Assembly (NCBI GenBank): GCA_017556515.1
Contig: JAFYOD010000150.1
Location: forward strand, 1-40,796
Source of the DNA: Lachnospiraceae bacterium
GTDB lineage: Bacteria; Bacillota; Clostridia; Lachnospirales; Lachnospiraceae
Length of the DNA: 40,796 nucleotides
Reading direction: 5' to 3'
Shown here: positions 9,867 through 20,302 of the stretch, piece by piece
Numbering within the stretch: position 1 is the first letter of the stretch
Layout: each line of letters opens with the position of its first letter
Made by a program: the position numbers and the translations under genes
Notes under the pieces: generated by a model
Told to the model about the DNA's origin: nothing
Database searches by the model: none
The model's input: the letters and a program-made list of their open reading frames with translations, nothing else

Positions 9867-10661
9867 ATGAGCGCAATTTATACATTAGGTATTGACGTTG
9901 GTTCTACAGCGTCCAAATGTATTATCTTAAAAGACGGCACAGAGATTGTTGCGAAATCTCTGGTAGACGTTGGTACCGGTACGACAGGTCCGCAGCGCGC
10001 GATCGAAGCGGTACTCGCTGAGGCGGGTATGGCAAAAGAGGATATTCATTATACTCTTGCAACCGGTTACGGACGTAATTCCCTTACAGGAATTGCAGAC
10101 AAACAGATGAGTGAGCTTTCCTGTCATGCAAAAGGAGCTTGCTTCCTGTTCCCGAACGTTCACACTGTTATTGATATCGGTGGTCAGGACGTTAAAGTTC
10201 TTCACATCGAAAACGGTGCAATGGTTAATTTCCAGATGAACGATAAATGTGCCGCAGGTACAGGTCGTTTCCTGGATGTTATGGCCCGTGTTCTTGAGGT
10301 TAAAGTAGAAGACCTCGGAAGACTTGGCGCGATGTCTACAAAAGAAGTAGGCATCAGTTCTACATGTACAGTATTCGCAGAGAGTGAAGTTATCAGCCAG
10401 TTAGCAATGGGCACAGACAAATGTGATATCATCGACGGTATCCATCGTTCCGTTGCCGGTCGTGTAACAGGTCTTGCACATCGTGTCGGAATCGTTCCGG
10501 ACGTTGTTATGACAGGCGGTGTTGCACAGAACAGCGGTATTGTGAATGCACTCGAGAAACAGCTCGGATGCAAGATCCACACATCTCCGTTGACACAGTA
10601 CAATGGTGCACTTGGTGCTGCATTATTTGCATACCAGGTAGCAGCAAGAAAAACAAAATAG
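9867..10661 (+). CDS. hgdC: 2-hydroxyglutaryl-CoA dehydratase activator (ASKHA ATPase, 4Fe-4S)
   Basis: GIDVGSTASK, ATGYGR, IDIGGQD, KCAAGTG, STCTVFAES; start moved to ATG 9867 behind ggagga RBS. Confidence 0.95.
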   Translation: MSAIYTLGIDVGSTASKCIILKDGTEIVAKSLVDVGTGTTGPQRAIEAVLAEAGMAKEDIHYTLATGYGRNSLTGIADKQMSELSCHAKGACFLFPNVHTVIDIGGQDVKVLHIENGAMVNFQMNDKCAAGTGRFLDVMARVLEVKVEDLGRLGAMSTKEVGISSTCTVFAESEVISQLAMGTDKCDIIDGIHRSVAGRVTGLAHRVGIVPDVVMTGGVAQNSGIVNALEKQLGCKIHTSPLTQYNGALGAALFAYQVAARKTK

Positions 10662-10735
10662 TAACTGAAGAGCATTAAGCTTTTCAAATAAATGACCGGC
10701 TAATATCACCGGTCAGAAGAAGGTGGAGGATAATT

Positions 10736-12202
10736 ATGGCAAATTATGCTGGACCAGTTAAGCTGGTGAAAAAAGTTACCCCTGGTGTTCTCGCGCTTCG
10801 TAAAGTAGTTGACGATGTTCATACAGACGCGCGTATTGCCAAAAAAGAAGGCAAACTTGTAGGTTGGTCTTCTTCCAAGTTCCCGTGTGAGCTTGCAGCA
10901 GCATTTGATCTTAACGTAATGTACCCGGAGAACCAGGCAGCTGGTATCGCGGCTAACCGTTACGGTGAGTTACTCTGTCAGGCAGCTGAGGACCTTGGCT
11001 ACGACAACGATATCTGCGGTTACGCACGTATCTCCCTCGCTTACTCTGCAGGTAAGAGAGCAGCTCGTAAATACGACAAAGAAACTGGCGAATTCATCAT
11101 CGACCCGGCAACAGGCAAACCGTTAAAGGATGCTGAAGGCAATGTTGTAATCGATGAGGCAACAGGCAAACCGAAAAAAGATCCGAAGACACAGTCTCCG
11201 TACATCGAGCTCGTTGACTTAAACGAGATCAACGCTATGCCGGATGGTATTGACAAAGAGCGTGCTCTTAATGCAATTTCCCCGATCCGTCAGATGCAGA
11301 TCCCGCAGCCGGATTTCGTTCTTTGCTGTAACAACATCTGTAACTGTATGACAAAATGGTACGAGAACATTGCTCGTATGCACAATATTCCGCTTATCAT
11401 GCTGGATATCCCGTACAACAACACAGTAGAAGTAAGTGATTCTTACGTTGCATATATCCGTGGTCAGTTCGACCTCGCTATTCAGCAGTTAGAAGAGCTC
11501 ACAGGCAAGAAATTCGATGAGAAGAAATTCGAAGAAGCTTGTGCAAATGCTAACCGTACAGCGAAAGCTTGGTTAAAAGTTTGTGACTACTTACAGTACA
11601 AACCGGCTCCGTACTCCGGTTTCGACCTCTTCAACCACATGGCTGACGTTGTAACAGCACGTGCAAGAGTAGAGGCAGCTGAGGCGTTCGAGCTTCTTGC
11701 TGAGGACCTTGAGCAGCAGATCAAGGATCTTGAGTCCACATGTCCGTTCCCGGAGAACTACCGTGTAATGTTCGAGGGTATTCCGTGCTGGCCGAAACTT
11801 CCGGCACTCTTCAAACCGTTAAAAGAGCATGGCGTTAACGTTACTGCAGTAGTATACGCACCGGCATTCGGTTTCGTATATGACGGCTTAGACGAGATGG
11901 CTCGTGCTTACTGTAAAGCTCCGAACTCTGTTTGTATCGAGCAGGGTGTTGCTTGGCGTGAAGGCATCTGCGTAGACAACCAGGTAGACGGCGTTCTTGT
12001 TCACTACAACAGAAGCTGTAAGCCGTGGTCCGGCTACATGGCAGAGATGCAGCGTCGTTTCACAGCAGATCTTGGCATCCCGTGTGCTGGATTTGACGGC
12101 GACCAGGCTGACCCGCGTAACTTCAATGCCGCTCAGTACGAGACACGTGTACAGGGTCTTGTAGAGGCAATGGAAGCAAACAGACAGGCAAAGGAGGCAT
12201 AA
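10736..12202 (+). CDS. hgdA: 2-hydroxyglutaryl-CoA dehydratase alpha subunit
   Basis: GWSSSKFPCE, YPENQAAGIAA, DICGYARI, CCNNICNCMTKW, NRSCKPWSG, DGDQADPRNF. Confidence 0.95.
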   Translation: MANYAGPVKLVKKVTPGVLALRKVVDDVHTDARIAKKEGKLVGWSSSKFPCELAAAFDLNVMYPENQAAGIAANRYGELLCQAAEDLGYDNDICGYARISLAYSAGKRAARKYDKETGEFIIDPATGKPLKDAEGNVVIDEATGKPKKDPKTQSPYIELVDLNEINAMPDGIDKERALNAISPIRQMQIPQPDFVLCCNNICNCMTKWYENIARMHNIPLIMLDIPYNNTVEVSDSYVAYIRGQFDLAIQQLEELTGKKFDEKKFEEACANANRTAKAWLKVCDYLQYKPAPYSGFDLFNHMADVVTARARVEAAEAFELLAEDLEQQIKDLESTCPFPENYRVMFEGIPCWPKLPALFKPLKEHGVNVTAVVYAPAFGFVYDGLDEMARAYCKAPNSVCIEQGVAWREGICVDNQVDGVLVHYNRSCKPWSGYMAEMQRRFTADLGIPCAGFDGDQADPRNFNAAQYETRVQGLVEAMEANRQAKEA

Positions 12203-12206
12203 GCAA

Positions 12207-13358
12207 ATGAGTATTCAGGTATTATTAGATGAATTTAAAGCAGTTGCTTCCAGCCCGAAGCAGCAGCTCGACAACTTTAAAGCACAGGGCAAAAAAGTTA
12301 TCGGTGTATTACCGTACTACGCTCCGGAAGAGTTAGTTTATGCAGCTGGTTTAGTTCCGATGGGTATGTGGGGTTCCAACACAAAGAACATCAGCCGTGC
12401 AAAAGAGTACTGTGCAACATTCTACTGCACAATCGCTCAGTTAGCACTTGAGATGCTTCTCGACGGTACAATGGATCAGTTAGACGGTATCATCACACCA
12501 ACAATCTGTGATACACTCCGTCCGATGTCCCAGAACTACCGTGTTTCCATGGGCGACAAGATGCCGGTTATCTTCTTAGCACATCCGCAGAACCGTTTTG
12601 CTCCGTGGGGTCTCCAGTTCACAATCGACCAGTACACAGACGTTAAGAAATCTCTCGAGAAGATCGCTGGCAAAGAGATCACAAACGATGATATCAACAA
12701 CGCTATTAAAGTTTACAACAAGTCCAGAGCAGTTCGTCGTGAGTTCGTAAAACTTGCTAACGAGCACTGTGACGTGATCAAACCGACAATCCGTTCCGCA
12801 GTTCTGAAAGCAGCTTGGTTCATGCTTAAAGACGAGTACACAGAGAAACTTGAAGCTCTTAACGCAGAGTTAAAGGCTCTTCCGGTATGTGATTGGCAGG
12901 GTACAAAGGTTGTTACTTCCGGTATCATCTGTGACAACCCGGCACTTCTTGCAGCTTTCGAAGAGAACAACATCGCTATCGCAGCAGATGACGTTGCTCA
13001 CGAGAGCCGTGCATTCCTTTGGGATGCAGCTGAGGACGAGGCAGATGCTATGATGGCTCTTGCTAAACAGTTCGCAGCAATCGATTACGAAGTTCTTCTT
13101 TACGATCCGAAGTCTGCAGAGAACCGCCGTGGTGAGTTCGTTGCAAACATGGTAAAAGAGAGCGGCGCACAGGGTCTTGTACTCTTCATGCAGCAGTTCT
13201 GTGATCCGGAGGAGATGGAGTATCCGTACCTTAAGAAAGCTCTTGATGATGCTGGTATCCCGCACATCAAACTTGGTATTGATCAGCAGATGCGTGACTT
13301 CGGTCAGGCTCGTACAGCGATCCAGGCTTTCGCAGATGTTCTTGAACTGAACAAATAA
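12207..13358 (+). CDS. hgdB: 2-hydroxyglutaryl-CoA dehydratase beta subunit
   Basis: PYYAPEELVYAAG, FYCTI, ICDTLRP, FCDPEEMEYP. Confidence 0.95.
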   Translation: MSIQVLLDEFKAVASSPKQQLDNFKAQGKKVIGVLPYYAPEELVYAAGLVPMGMWGSNTKNISRAKEYCATFYCTIAQLALEMLLDGTMDQLDGIITPTICDTLRPMSQNYRVSMGDKMPVIFLAHPQNRFAPWGLQFTIDQYTDVKKSLEKIAGKEITNDDINNAIKVYNKSRAVRREFVKLANEHCDVIKPTIRSAVLKAAWFMLKDEYTEKLEALNAELKALPVCDWQGTKVVTSGIICDNPALLAAFEENNIAIAADDVAHESRAFLWDAAEDEADAMMALAKQFAAIDYEVLLYDPKSAENRRGEFVANMVKESGAQGLVLFMQQFCDPEEMEYPYLKKALDDAGIPHIKLGIDQQMRDFGQARTAIQAFADVLELNK

Positions 13359-13397
13359 TTTGGAACTGCGTGAAATTCGCATTTTCCATAATGATAT

Positions 13398-13437
13398 AAA
13401 AAATGCCGCAGGGGATTTCCCTGCGGCGTTTTTTCTT
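13398..13437 (+). terminator. Terminator after hgdB
   Basis: aaaaaatgccgcaggg...ccctgcggcgtttttt. Confidence 0.9.
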
Positions 13438-13477
13438 GTATAATGAGGAAAAGGAAGCGAGTACAAAGAGGTGGAAA

Positions 13478-14527
13478 ATGGGAGCAAACAATAATCGAAT
13501 GACGGAATTGGATGTCGCAAAAGGTATGACAATGTTTCTGGTCATTTTTGGCCATGTATACATGATGGATACCCGATTATTTAACTGGATCTTTATGTTT
13601 CATATGCCGGCATTTTTCTTCTTTTCCGGTATGACCTTTAAGCCGGAGAAATATATTGATCAAAAGAATGGGATTGGAAGATTTTTAAAAGACAAATTTA
13701 AAAAGAGAATTCTTCCGTATCTGGCGATTACAGCCATGGGATTCTTAATTTGCATGATCCGTCCGGCATATCGCATACCGGTTCTGAATGCAGGCTGGAG
13801 TTATATGCTGAAATGGATTTTTTACTATGCGCAGCCGAGAGAACTGTACATTGGCCAGGCTTGGTTTTTAGTGGGATTGTTTTTTGCGGAAGTAATTGCA
13901 TTTCTGTGGTTTTATCTGCTGAGAAAACGATCAGCCGGAATAAAAGCATCCGGTTTATTTGCTATTTCATGGATTGCAATGCTTATGCCGCAGATTAATG
14001 CGATGATCCCTGAGTGGGGACGTTTGCCGTTAAAAATTGATGTTGCCTTTTGTGCAGCTGTATTTTTGATCGCCGGTTATTTCTCTGTAAAATGGAATAT
14101 TTGGGAACGATTCAAAGGTGCAGAGTGGTTTATGGTCCCGTTTTGCTTGGGACTGAGCTATTATTATGGTCCAAGATGGCATGGTTATACAAATATTTGT
14201 GATTGTGTGTATTCACCTGGTCCTTACTATTATCTGGTGGCACTTTTAGGAACTGCTGCGATATTTTTTATGGCGAGACTCTGCAAACGATGTCGCTTCT
14301 GGCAATATTGCGGAACTTATTCGTTACATATATTTGCTGTGCATATATTTATTATTTGGATCATTGCAGAAATCATTAACAAAGTTACAGGAGTGTCTTT
14401 AACACCTTTGTTTATTCCGGACAAGTTCATCAGTTTCGGAATCAGTATTATTACATTGCTCATTTCGGTTATTATGATCTTGCCGTGGCATTATTACAAG
14501 ACGAGAAAAAAGAAAGATCATGTCTAG
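13478..14527 (+). CDS. Acyltransferase family 3 (OafA-like) integral membrane protein
   Basis: R..ELDVAKG...LVIFGH, FHMPAFFFFSG, WFL, SLHIFAVH motifs; many TM segments; start moved to ATG 13478 behind gaggtgg. Confidence 0.88.
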   Translation: MGANNNRMTELDVAKGMTMFLVIFGHVYMMDTRLFNWIFMFHMPAFFFFSGMTFKPEKYIDQKNGIGRFLKDKFKKRILPYLAITAMGFLICMIRPAYRIPVLNAGWSYMLKWIFYYAQPRELYIGQAWFLVGLFFAEVIAFLWFYLLRKRSAGIKASGLFAISWIAMLMPQINAMIPEWGRLPLKIDVAFCAAVFLIAGYFSVKWNIWERFKGAEWFMVPFCLGLSYYYGPRWHGYTNICDCVYSPGPYYYLVALLGTAAIFFMARLCKRCRFWQYCGTYSLHIFAVHIFIIWIIAEIINKVTGVSLTPLFIPDKFISFGISIITLLISVIMILPWHYYKTRKKKDHV

Positions 14528-14552
14528 CAAACTGCCGGACATGATCTTTTTT
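14508..14552. terminator. Bidirectional terminator overlapping acyltransferase stop
   Basis: aaagatcatgtc/gacatgatcttt stem flanked by A and T runs between convergent genes. Confidence 0.8.
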
Positions 14553-14554
14553 GT

Positions 14555-15325
14555 TTATGGCATAATACTAAGATGTGGCATATATCCTAAATCAGAGGAT
14601 AACTCTGCTGCATAATGTTTTACATGATTTTGAAGATTGATCAGATGTTCATCGTTAGCAATACGCATTTTAGGAGTTATGATACCGATAGAAGCGCAGA
14701 CAACACCGTCTGCGTTAAAGACCGGAGCACCAAGTCCGATCGCATCTGCCACATAATCTCCATGAGAGATCGCGATGCCCTCTGATTTGATCTTTTCCAG
14801 ATCAGAACTTAATTCTGCCGGGCGGACATACGGAAATGCTCGATCTTGCATAATGATATTTTTAAAATAGTCGTCGATAAAGTTTGGAGTTTGATATGCT
14901 AAAAGGACTTTTCGGATCGCTCCGCAATGCAGGTACATTTCATATCCAAATTCTTCAACAACTTTTAAATGGCTTGGACCATCATGTTTCTCTATTACCA
15001 GACCTTTATTTCCTACCTGAATAATCAGATATGCATCTTCTCCGGTATGTTCCGAGAGAGATGCGAGAGCTGGTTTCGCAGCATCCTGAAGGCGGATTCC
15101 TTTCGATGCGGCTTTCCCAAGAGGGATCAAAGCCGGACCAAGGCGATATGTGTGAGAACGCTCATCTCGGATCACATATTTCTTCTCACAGAATGTCTGA
15201 AGGATTCGGTGTACCGTGCTTGGCGGCAAATTCATCGTATCAGCCAGTTCTGCGATCGTAAAACTGCGATTCTTTTCTTTCAGAACTTCCAATAATTCCA
15301 TAGAGCGGAGAAGGCTCTGTATCAT
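14555..15325 (-). CDS. IclR family transcriptional regulator
   Basis: IQSLLRSMELLE...ELADTMNLPPSTVHRILQT wHTH, YRLGP, LHCGAIRKVLLAY, GLGAPVF effector domain. Confidence 0.93.
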   Translation of the reverse strand: MIQSLLRSMELLEVLKEKNRSFTIAELADTMNLPPSTVHRILQTFCEKKYVIRDERSHTYRLGPALIPLGKAASKGIRLQDAAKPALASLSEHTGEDAYLIIQVGNKGLVIEKHDGPSHLKVVEEFGYEMYLHCGAIRKVLLAYQTPNFIDDYFKNIIMQDRAFPYVRPAELSSDLEKIKSEGIAISHGDYVADAIGLGAPVFNADGVVCASIGIITPKMRIANDEHLINLQNHVKHYAAELSSDLGYMPHLSIMP

Positions 15326-15697
15326 TTAGTTAGCTCCTTCCGTATCTTCCTCTACAGTAGCCGCTCCCGGACATTCTTTTACAGATTCCTCTGAAGCTTC
15401 AGTACCGTCATCTGTTGTTTCCGGACATGTATCCGGCACAGACTCCTCAGCAACTGTTTCACAGGACTTGCATTTATTAGGATCAAGAGAGATGTATGTG
15501 CGATTGGAATCAGCACAGGATATCGGCTCATCGTTTGTCACTTCAGAAATCTCATCTTCTTCATAATCATGAAAATCTTTGTCAATCTCATCGTTGAAAG
15601 ATTTGTACTTTAAATAGTAGGAAAGGCCAGCGGCAGCAGCACCGAGTGCAGCACCGACAGCGATCAGTAAACCGGTTCTCTTTTTGGACATGGTCAT
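15326..15697 (-). CDS. Hypothetical protein, N-terminal TM anchor and acidic tail
   Basis: RBS aaggagaa; Ala/Gly-rich hydrophobic segment; stop directly abuts IclR ATG. Confidence 0.75.
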   Translation of the reverse strand: MTMSKKRTGLLIAVGAALGAAAAGLSYYLKYKSFNDEIDKDFHDYEEDEISEVTNDEPISCADSNRTYISLDPNKCKSCETVAEESVPDTCPETTDDGTEASEESVKECPGAATVEEDTEGAN

Positions 15698-15858
15698 TCT
15701 CCTTTCTTATACTGCATGACATCTGCAGCAATATTTTCTGTAAAGACGCGACTCTATTACAGAAAAAATAAAATATAGAATTATCATAATCGAAATCAAA
15801 TAAAATGAAAAGGGATAATTATGAAGATTTTGAAAAAAATCGAAAAAAACCCTAAAAG

Positions 15859-15885
15859 TTAGCACTCGAACCTTGACAGTGCTAA
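15859..15885 (+). promoter_or_regulatory. CIRCE element (HrcA operator)
   Basis: TTAGCACTC-N9-CAGTGCTAA, one mismatch to TTAGCACTC-N9-GAGTGCTAA, upstream of groES. Confidence 0.93.
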
Positions 15886-15901
15886 TAGGTCATGTTATAA
15901 C
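15873..15901 (+). promoter_or_regulatory. SigA promoter of groESL
   Basis: TTGACA, 17 nt, TATAAC with extended TG. Confidence 0.85.
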
Positions 15902-15979
15902 ATTACTTGTGTAACGGGAGCATAGGAAAAGTTCCCCAAATCGGTATATAAAACTAGAATTTACAAGGAGGCGTCAGTA

Positions 15980-16267
15980 ATGAAATTAGTACCATTATTT
16001 GACAAAGTTGTTTTAAAACAGTTAGTAGCAGAAGAGACAACAAAATCCGGTATCGTACTTCCGGGTCAGGCAAAAGAGAAACCGCAGCAGGCTGAGGTTA
16101 TCGCAGTTGGACCGGGCGGAATGGTTGAAGGTAAAGAAGTTGTTATGCAGGTTAAAGTTGGCGATCAGGTTATTTTCTCCAAGTTCGCTGGTACAGAAGT
16201 GAAAGCAGACAACGAAGAGTTCATTATCGTAAGACAGAGCGACATTCTTGCAATTGTTGAGAAATAA
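15980..16267 (+). CDS. groES: Co-chaperonin GroES
   Basis: PLFDKVV, TKSGIVLPG.AKEKP, VKVGD. Confidence 0.98.
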   Translation: MKLVPLFDKVVLKQLVAEETTKSGIVLPGQAKEKPQQAEVIAVGPGGMVEGKEVVMQVKVGDQVIFSKFAGTEVKADNEEFIIVRQSDILAIVEK

Positions 16268-16305
16268 TTCGCTGAAAGATCATTTCTATTTTTGGAGGTA
16301 ATTGA

Positions 16306-17931
<1,626 letters not shown>

Positions 17932-17948
17932 TTCACATTCTGTGATAT

Positions 17949-17994
17949 AAAAAAGACCACCGGCGGTTATACTCCGGTGGTCTTTGCTGTTTTT
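17949..17994. terminator. Bidirectional terminator between groEL and CYTH gene
   Basis: aaagaccaccgg/ccggtggtcttt stem flanked by A and T runs. Confidence 0.85.
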
Positions 17995-17998
17995 GATC

Positions 17999-18448
17999 TT
18001 ATAATTTTGACAAACGGCTGTTTTGATATTCTCCGGACAGGGTTACATCTTTTGTAAACCATGACGGCGGCTGGAATGCGATTGCATCTTCTTCAGATGC
18101 AAATTCTACTTCAGCCAGCATAAGTCCGGCGAATTGACCCTCGAAGACATCAAATTCGATGGTGAGATCCGGGCGATCTTCAACCGGGATCAGAAAACGT
18201 TTTTTCGTAAGAATCTTTCCGTCTGCTTTTGTAAGCAGATGCGCATAGGATTCGGCAGTCAGAGGGAGATTGTATTCCTCTCTGGCTAACAGCCCCTTTC
18301 CTTTATATGTAAGATAATACTCAGAATCTTCTCTGCGGATACGAACAACCGGATCTGTACAGAGATATGCCTGTTCGATCATATGAAATGGGTAGGATTC
18401 ATAGCCTTCCGGGGCTTTTTCAATAAAAAATTTGCGTTCGATTTCCAT
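17999..18448 (-). CDS. CYTH domain protein (triphosphate tunnel metalloenzyme)
   Basis: EIERKF, IEQAYL, VRIR, REEY, LAEVEF motifs. Confidence 0.92.
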   Translation of the reverse strand: MEIERKFFIEKAPEGYESYPFHMIEQAYLCTDPVVRIRREDSEYYLTYKGKGLLAREEYNLPLTAESYAHLLTKADGKILTKKRFLIPVEDRPDLTIEFDVFEGQFAGLMLAEVEFASEEDAIAFQPPSWFTKDVTLSGEYQNSRLSKL

Positions 18449-18512
18449 AGTGATATACTCCTTTCTCTAACCAGTATATCACAGTGTTTCAACAAAAGAA
18501 AGATAGGAGGAA

Positions 18513-19589
18513 ATGCATATGTGGACAAGAGCAGAATTAAAATTCCGTGCAAAGAATACCATTAGAAAATACTTTTGGCCGGCTTTGGCTGTCAGCATGT
18601 TTAACTCTCTGTTTAATAGTAACGGAGGCAGTACCGGCAGCAGCGGTGCTCAGGCGGGAGCCAATATTTCTGAGGAAATGGGATTGGAATTTGAGGAGAT
18701 TTTCAGTGGGGGAATCGGATCTGTGATCAGTGAACTTCCACAGATTTTGAATAATATTATAACTTCCATTGATTCCGTAATGACAAGTGTTTTCCTGATC
18801 GGAGCATTGATCGGATTGGCGATCGCTCTGGCAGTTGGAGTGTTTGTGGCACCTGTCATTGAAGTGGGGAAAAACCGCTTTTATATGAAGAGTCGACAGA
18901 TGGGACGTGCGGCAGGCATGAGATGCCTGTTTTGGGGATTTAAGAATGATTATCTAAATATTATCTGGACGATGCTTGTGCGTAATGTTCTGGTAGCAAT
19001 AGGTACATTCTGTTTCGTTATTCCTGGTATTTATCTGGCATACTGCTACTATATGGTGCCATATATTTTAGCGGAAAATCCGGATATGAGAACATCCGAC
19101 GTGCTTCGTATGTCTATGGATATGATGCGCGGAAACAAATTTAGCACATGGCTTCTCAAACTTTCTTTTGTAGGATGGTGGATCCTGGGTGCTCTGGCAT
19201 GTGGTATCGGAACATATTTAGTGTTCCCATATTATGATGCGACATTTGCAGAACTGTATGCGGTATTGAGAAATCCTTATACGAATTATTTGAACGGATT
19301 TAGAAGTGAATGGCAGACTTACGGGCAGGCAGATCAGCAGTCCTGGCAGCATGAGGCTGAAAGAAGCTATGAGTATAGCTACGAGCAGCCAATTCATAAG
19401 GAACCGACTGCTTATGCTGAGCCGATCATTAGCGAAGAACCGGCGGCAGCAGCAGAACAGCCGACGTCGGAAAACTGCAGCGAGGCAGTTCGTCCGGAGG
19501 AGAAAAAAGTCAGAGGCTATTATCTTAATGGCGAGTTCCATCCGTATACAGATGAAGAACTGAAAGAACTGGAAAAAAACGGTTATTAA
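18513..19589 (+). CDS. DUF975-like integral membrane protein with acidic C-terminal tail
   Basis: WTRAELKFRAK, IPGIYLAYCYYMVPYILAENP, SMDMMRGNK, LSFVGW. Confidence 0.8.
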   Translation: MHMWTRAELKFRAKNTIRKYFWPALAVSMFNSLFNSNGGSTGSSGAQAGANISEEMGLEFEEIFSGGIGSVISELPQILNNIITSIDSVMTSVFLIGALIGLAIALAVGVFVAPVIEVGKNRFYMKSRQMGRAAGMRCLFWGFKNDYLNIIWTMLVRNVLVAIGTFCFVIPGIYLAYCYYMVPYILAENPDMRTSDVLRMSMDMMRGNKFSTWLLKLSFVGWWILGALACGIGTYLVFPYYDATFAELYAVLRNPYTNYLNGFRSEWQTYGQADQQSWQHEAERSYEYSYEQPIHKEPTAYAEPIISEEPAAAAEQPTSENCSEAVRPEEKKVRGYYLNGEFHPYTDEELKELEKNGY

Positions 19590-19606
19590 TAAACGAGGTG
19601 AATGAA

Positions 19607-20155
19607 ATGGCAAAAGTATATGCATTTGTTGCAGACGGAATGGAAGAAGTCGAGTGTCTGGCAGTTTGTGACGTGCTTCTCCGTGCAGGCATTGATGTGA
19701 AACTTGTTTCCATTATGGGAAGAAAGGAAATCGTAGGTTCTCATGGATTCAAGATCACAGCTGATGCGGTATTTGAAGAAATCGTTGACGACGCTGATGT
19801 ACTGTTTTTACCGGGCGGCATGCCGGGTACGTTAAATCTTACCAATCATGAAGGCCTTGCAGAAATGTTAAAGGCACACGCAGCGGACGGAAAACGTCTG
19901 GCAGCGATCTGTGCAGCTCCGAGCGTGTTAGGTGTGCTCGGTCTTGCAAGAGGTCATAAAGTAACATGTTTCCCGGGCTGGGAAGGAAAGATGGATGGTG
20001 CAGAGGTAACAGGTGCTGCAGTGGAAACAGACCGTCTGATCTCCACAGGACGCGGTATGGGATGCTCCATTGATCTTGGTCTGGAACTGGTAAAATTACT
20101 TGTGGATGAAGAGACATCTGCAGACCTGAAACAGAAGATCCAGTATGATAAATAA
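19607..20155 (+). CDS. DJ-1/PfpI (ThiJ/YajL-like) protein
   Basis: DGMEEVE, LPGGMPG, AICAAP catalytic Cys; start at ATG 19607 behind gaggtg. Confidence 0.92.
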   Translation: MAKVYAFVADGMEEVECLAVCDVLLRAGIDVKLVSIMGRKEIVGSHGFKITADAVFEEIVDDADVLFLPGGMPGTLNLTNHEGLAEMLKAHAADGKRLAAICAAPSVLGVLGLARGHKVTCFPGWEGKMDGAEVTGAAVETDRLISTGRGMGCSIDLGLELVKLLVDEETSADLKQKIQYDK

Positions 20156-20230
20156 TGCCTGAAATCTAAGAAAAACGGGCATAAATATTGTGATTTTGTG
20201 AAAATAGTACTGGTATTTCTAAAATCAGTA

Positions 20231-20239
20231 TGATATAAT
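20231..20239 (+). promoter_or_regulatory. Extended -10 promoter of tig
   Basis: TGaTATAAT about 65 nt upstream of tig; -35 weak. Confidence 0.55.
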
Positions 20240-20302
20240 GTTAACTTGAAGTGTAACGCCCACATGAATGGACGTTGATATATTTAAGGAGGAACCTTTA
20301 AA

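Noticed and set aside
12870-13532. 220-aa antisense ORF, like many other shadow ORFs over gcd/hgd, groEL, tig and valS
   Set aside because: By-product of strong codon bias on the sense strand; no RBS or recognisable motifs
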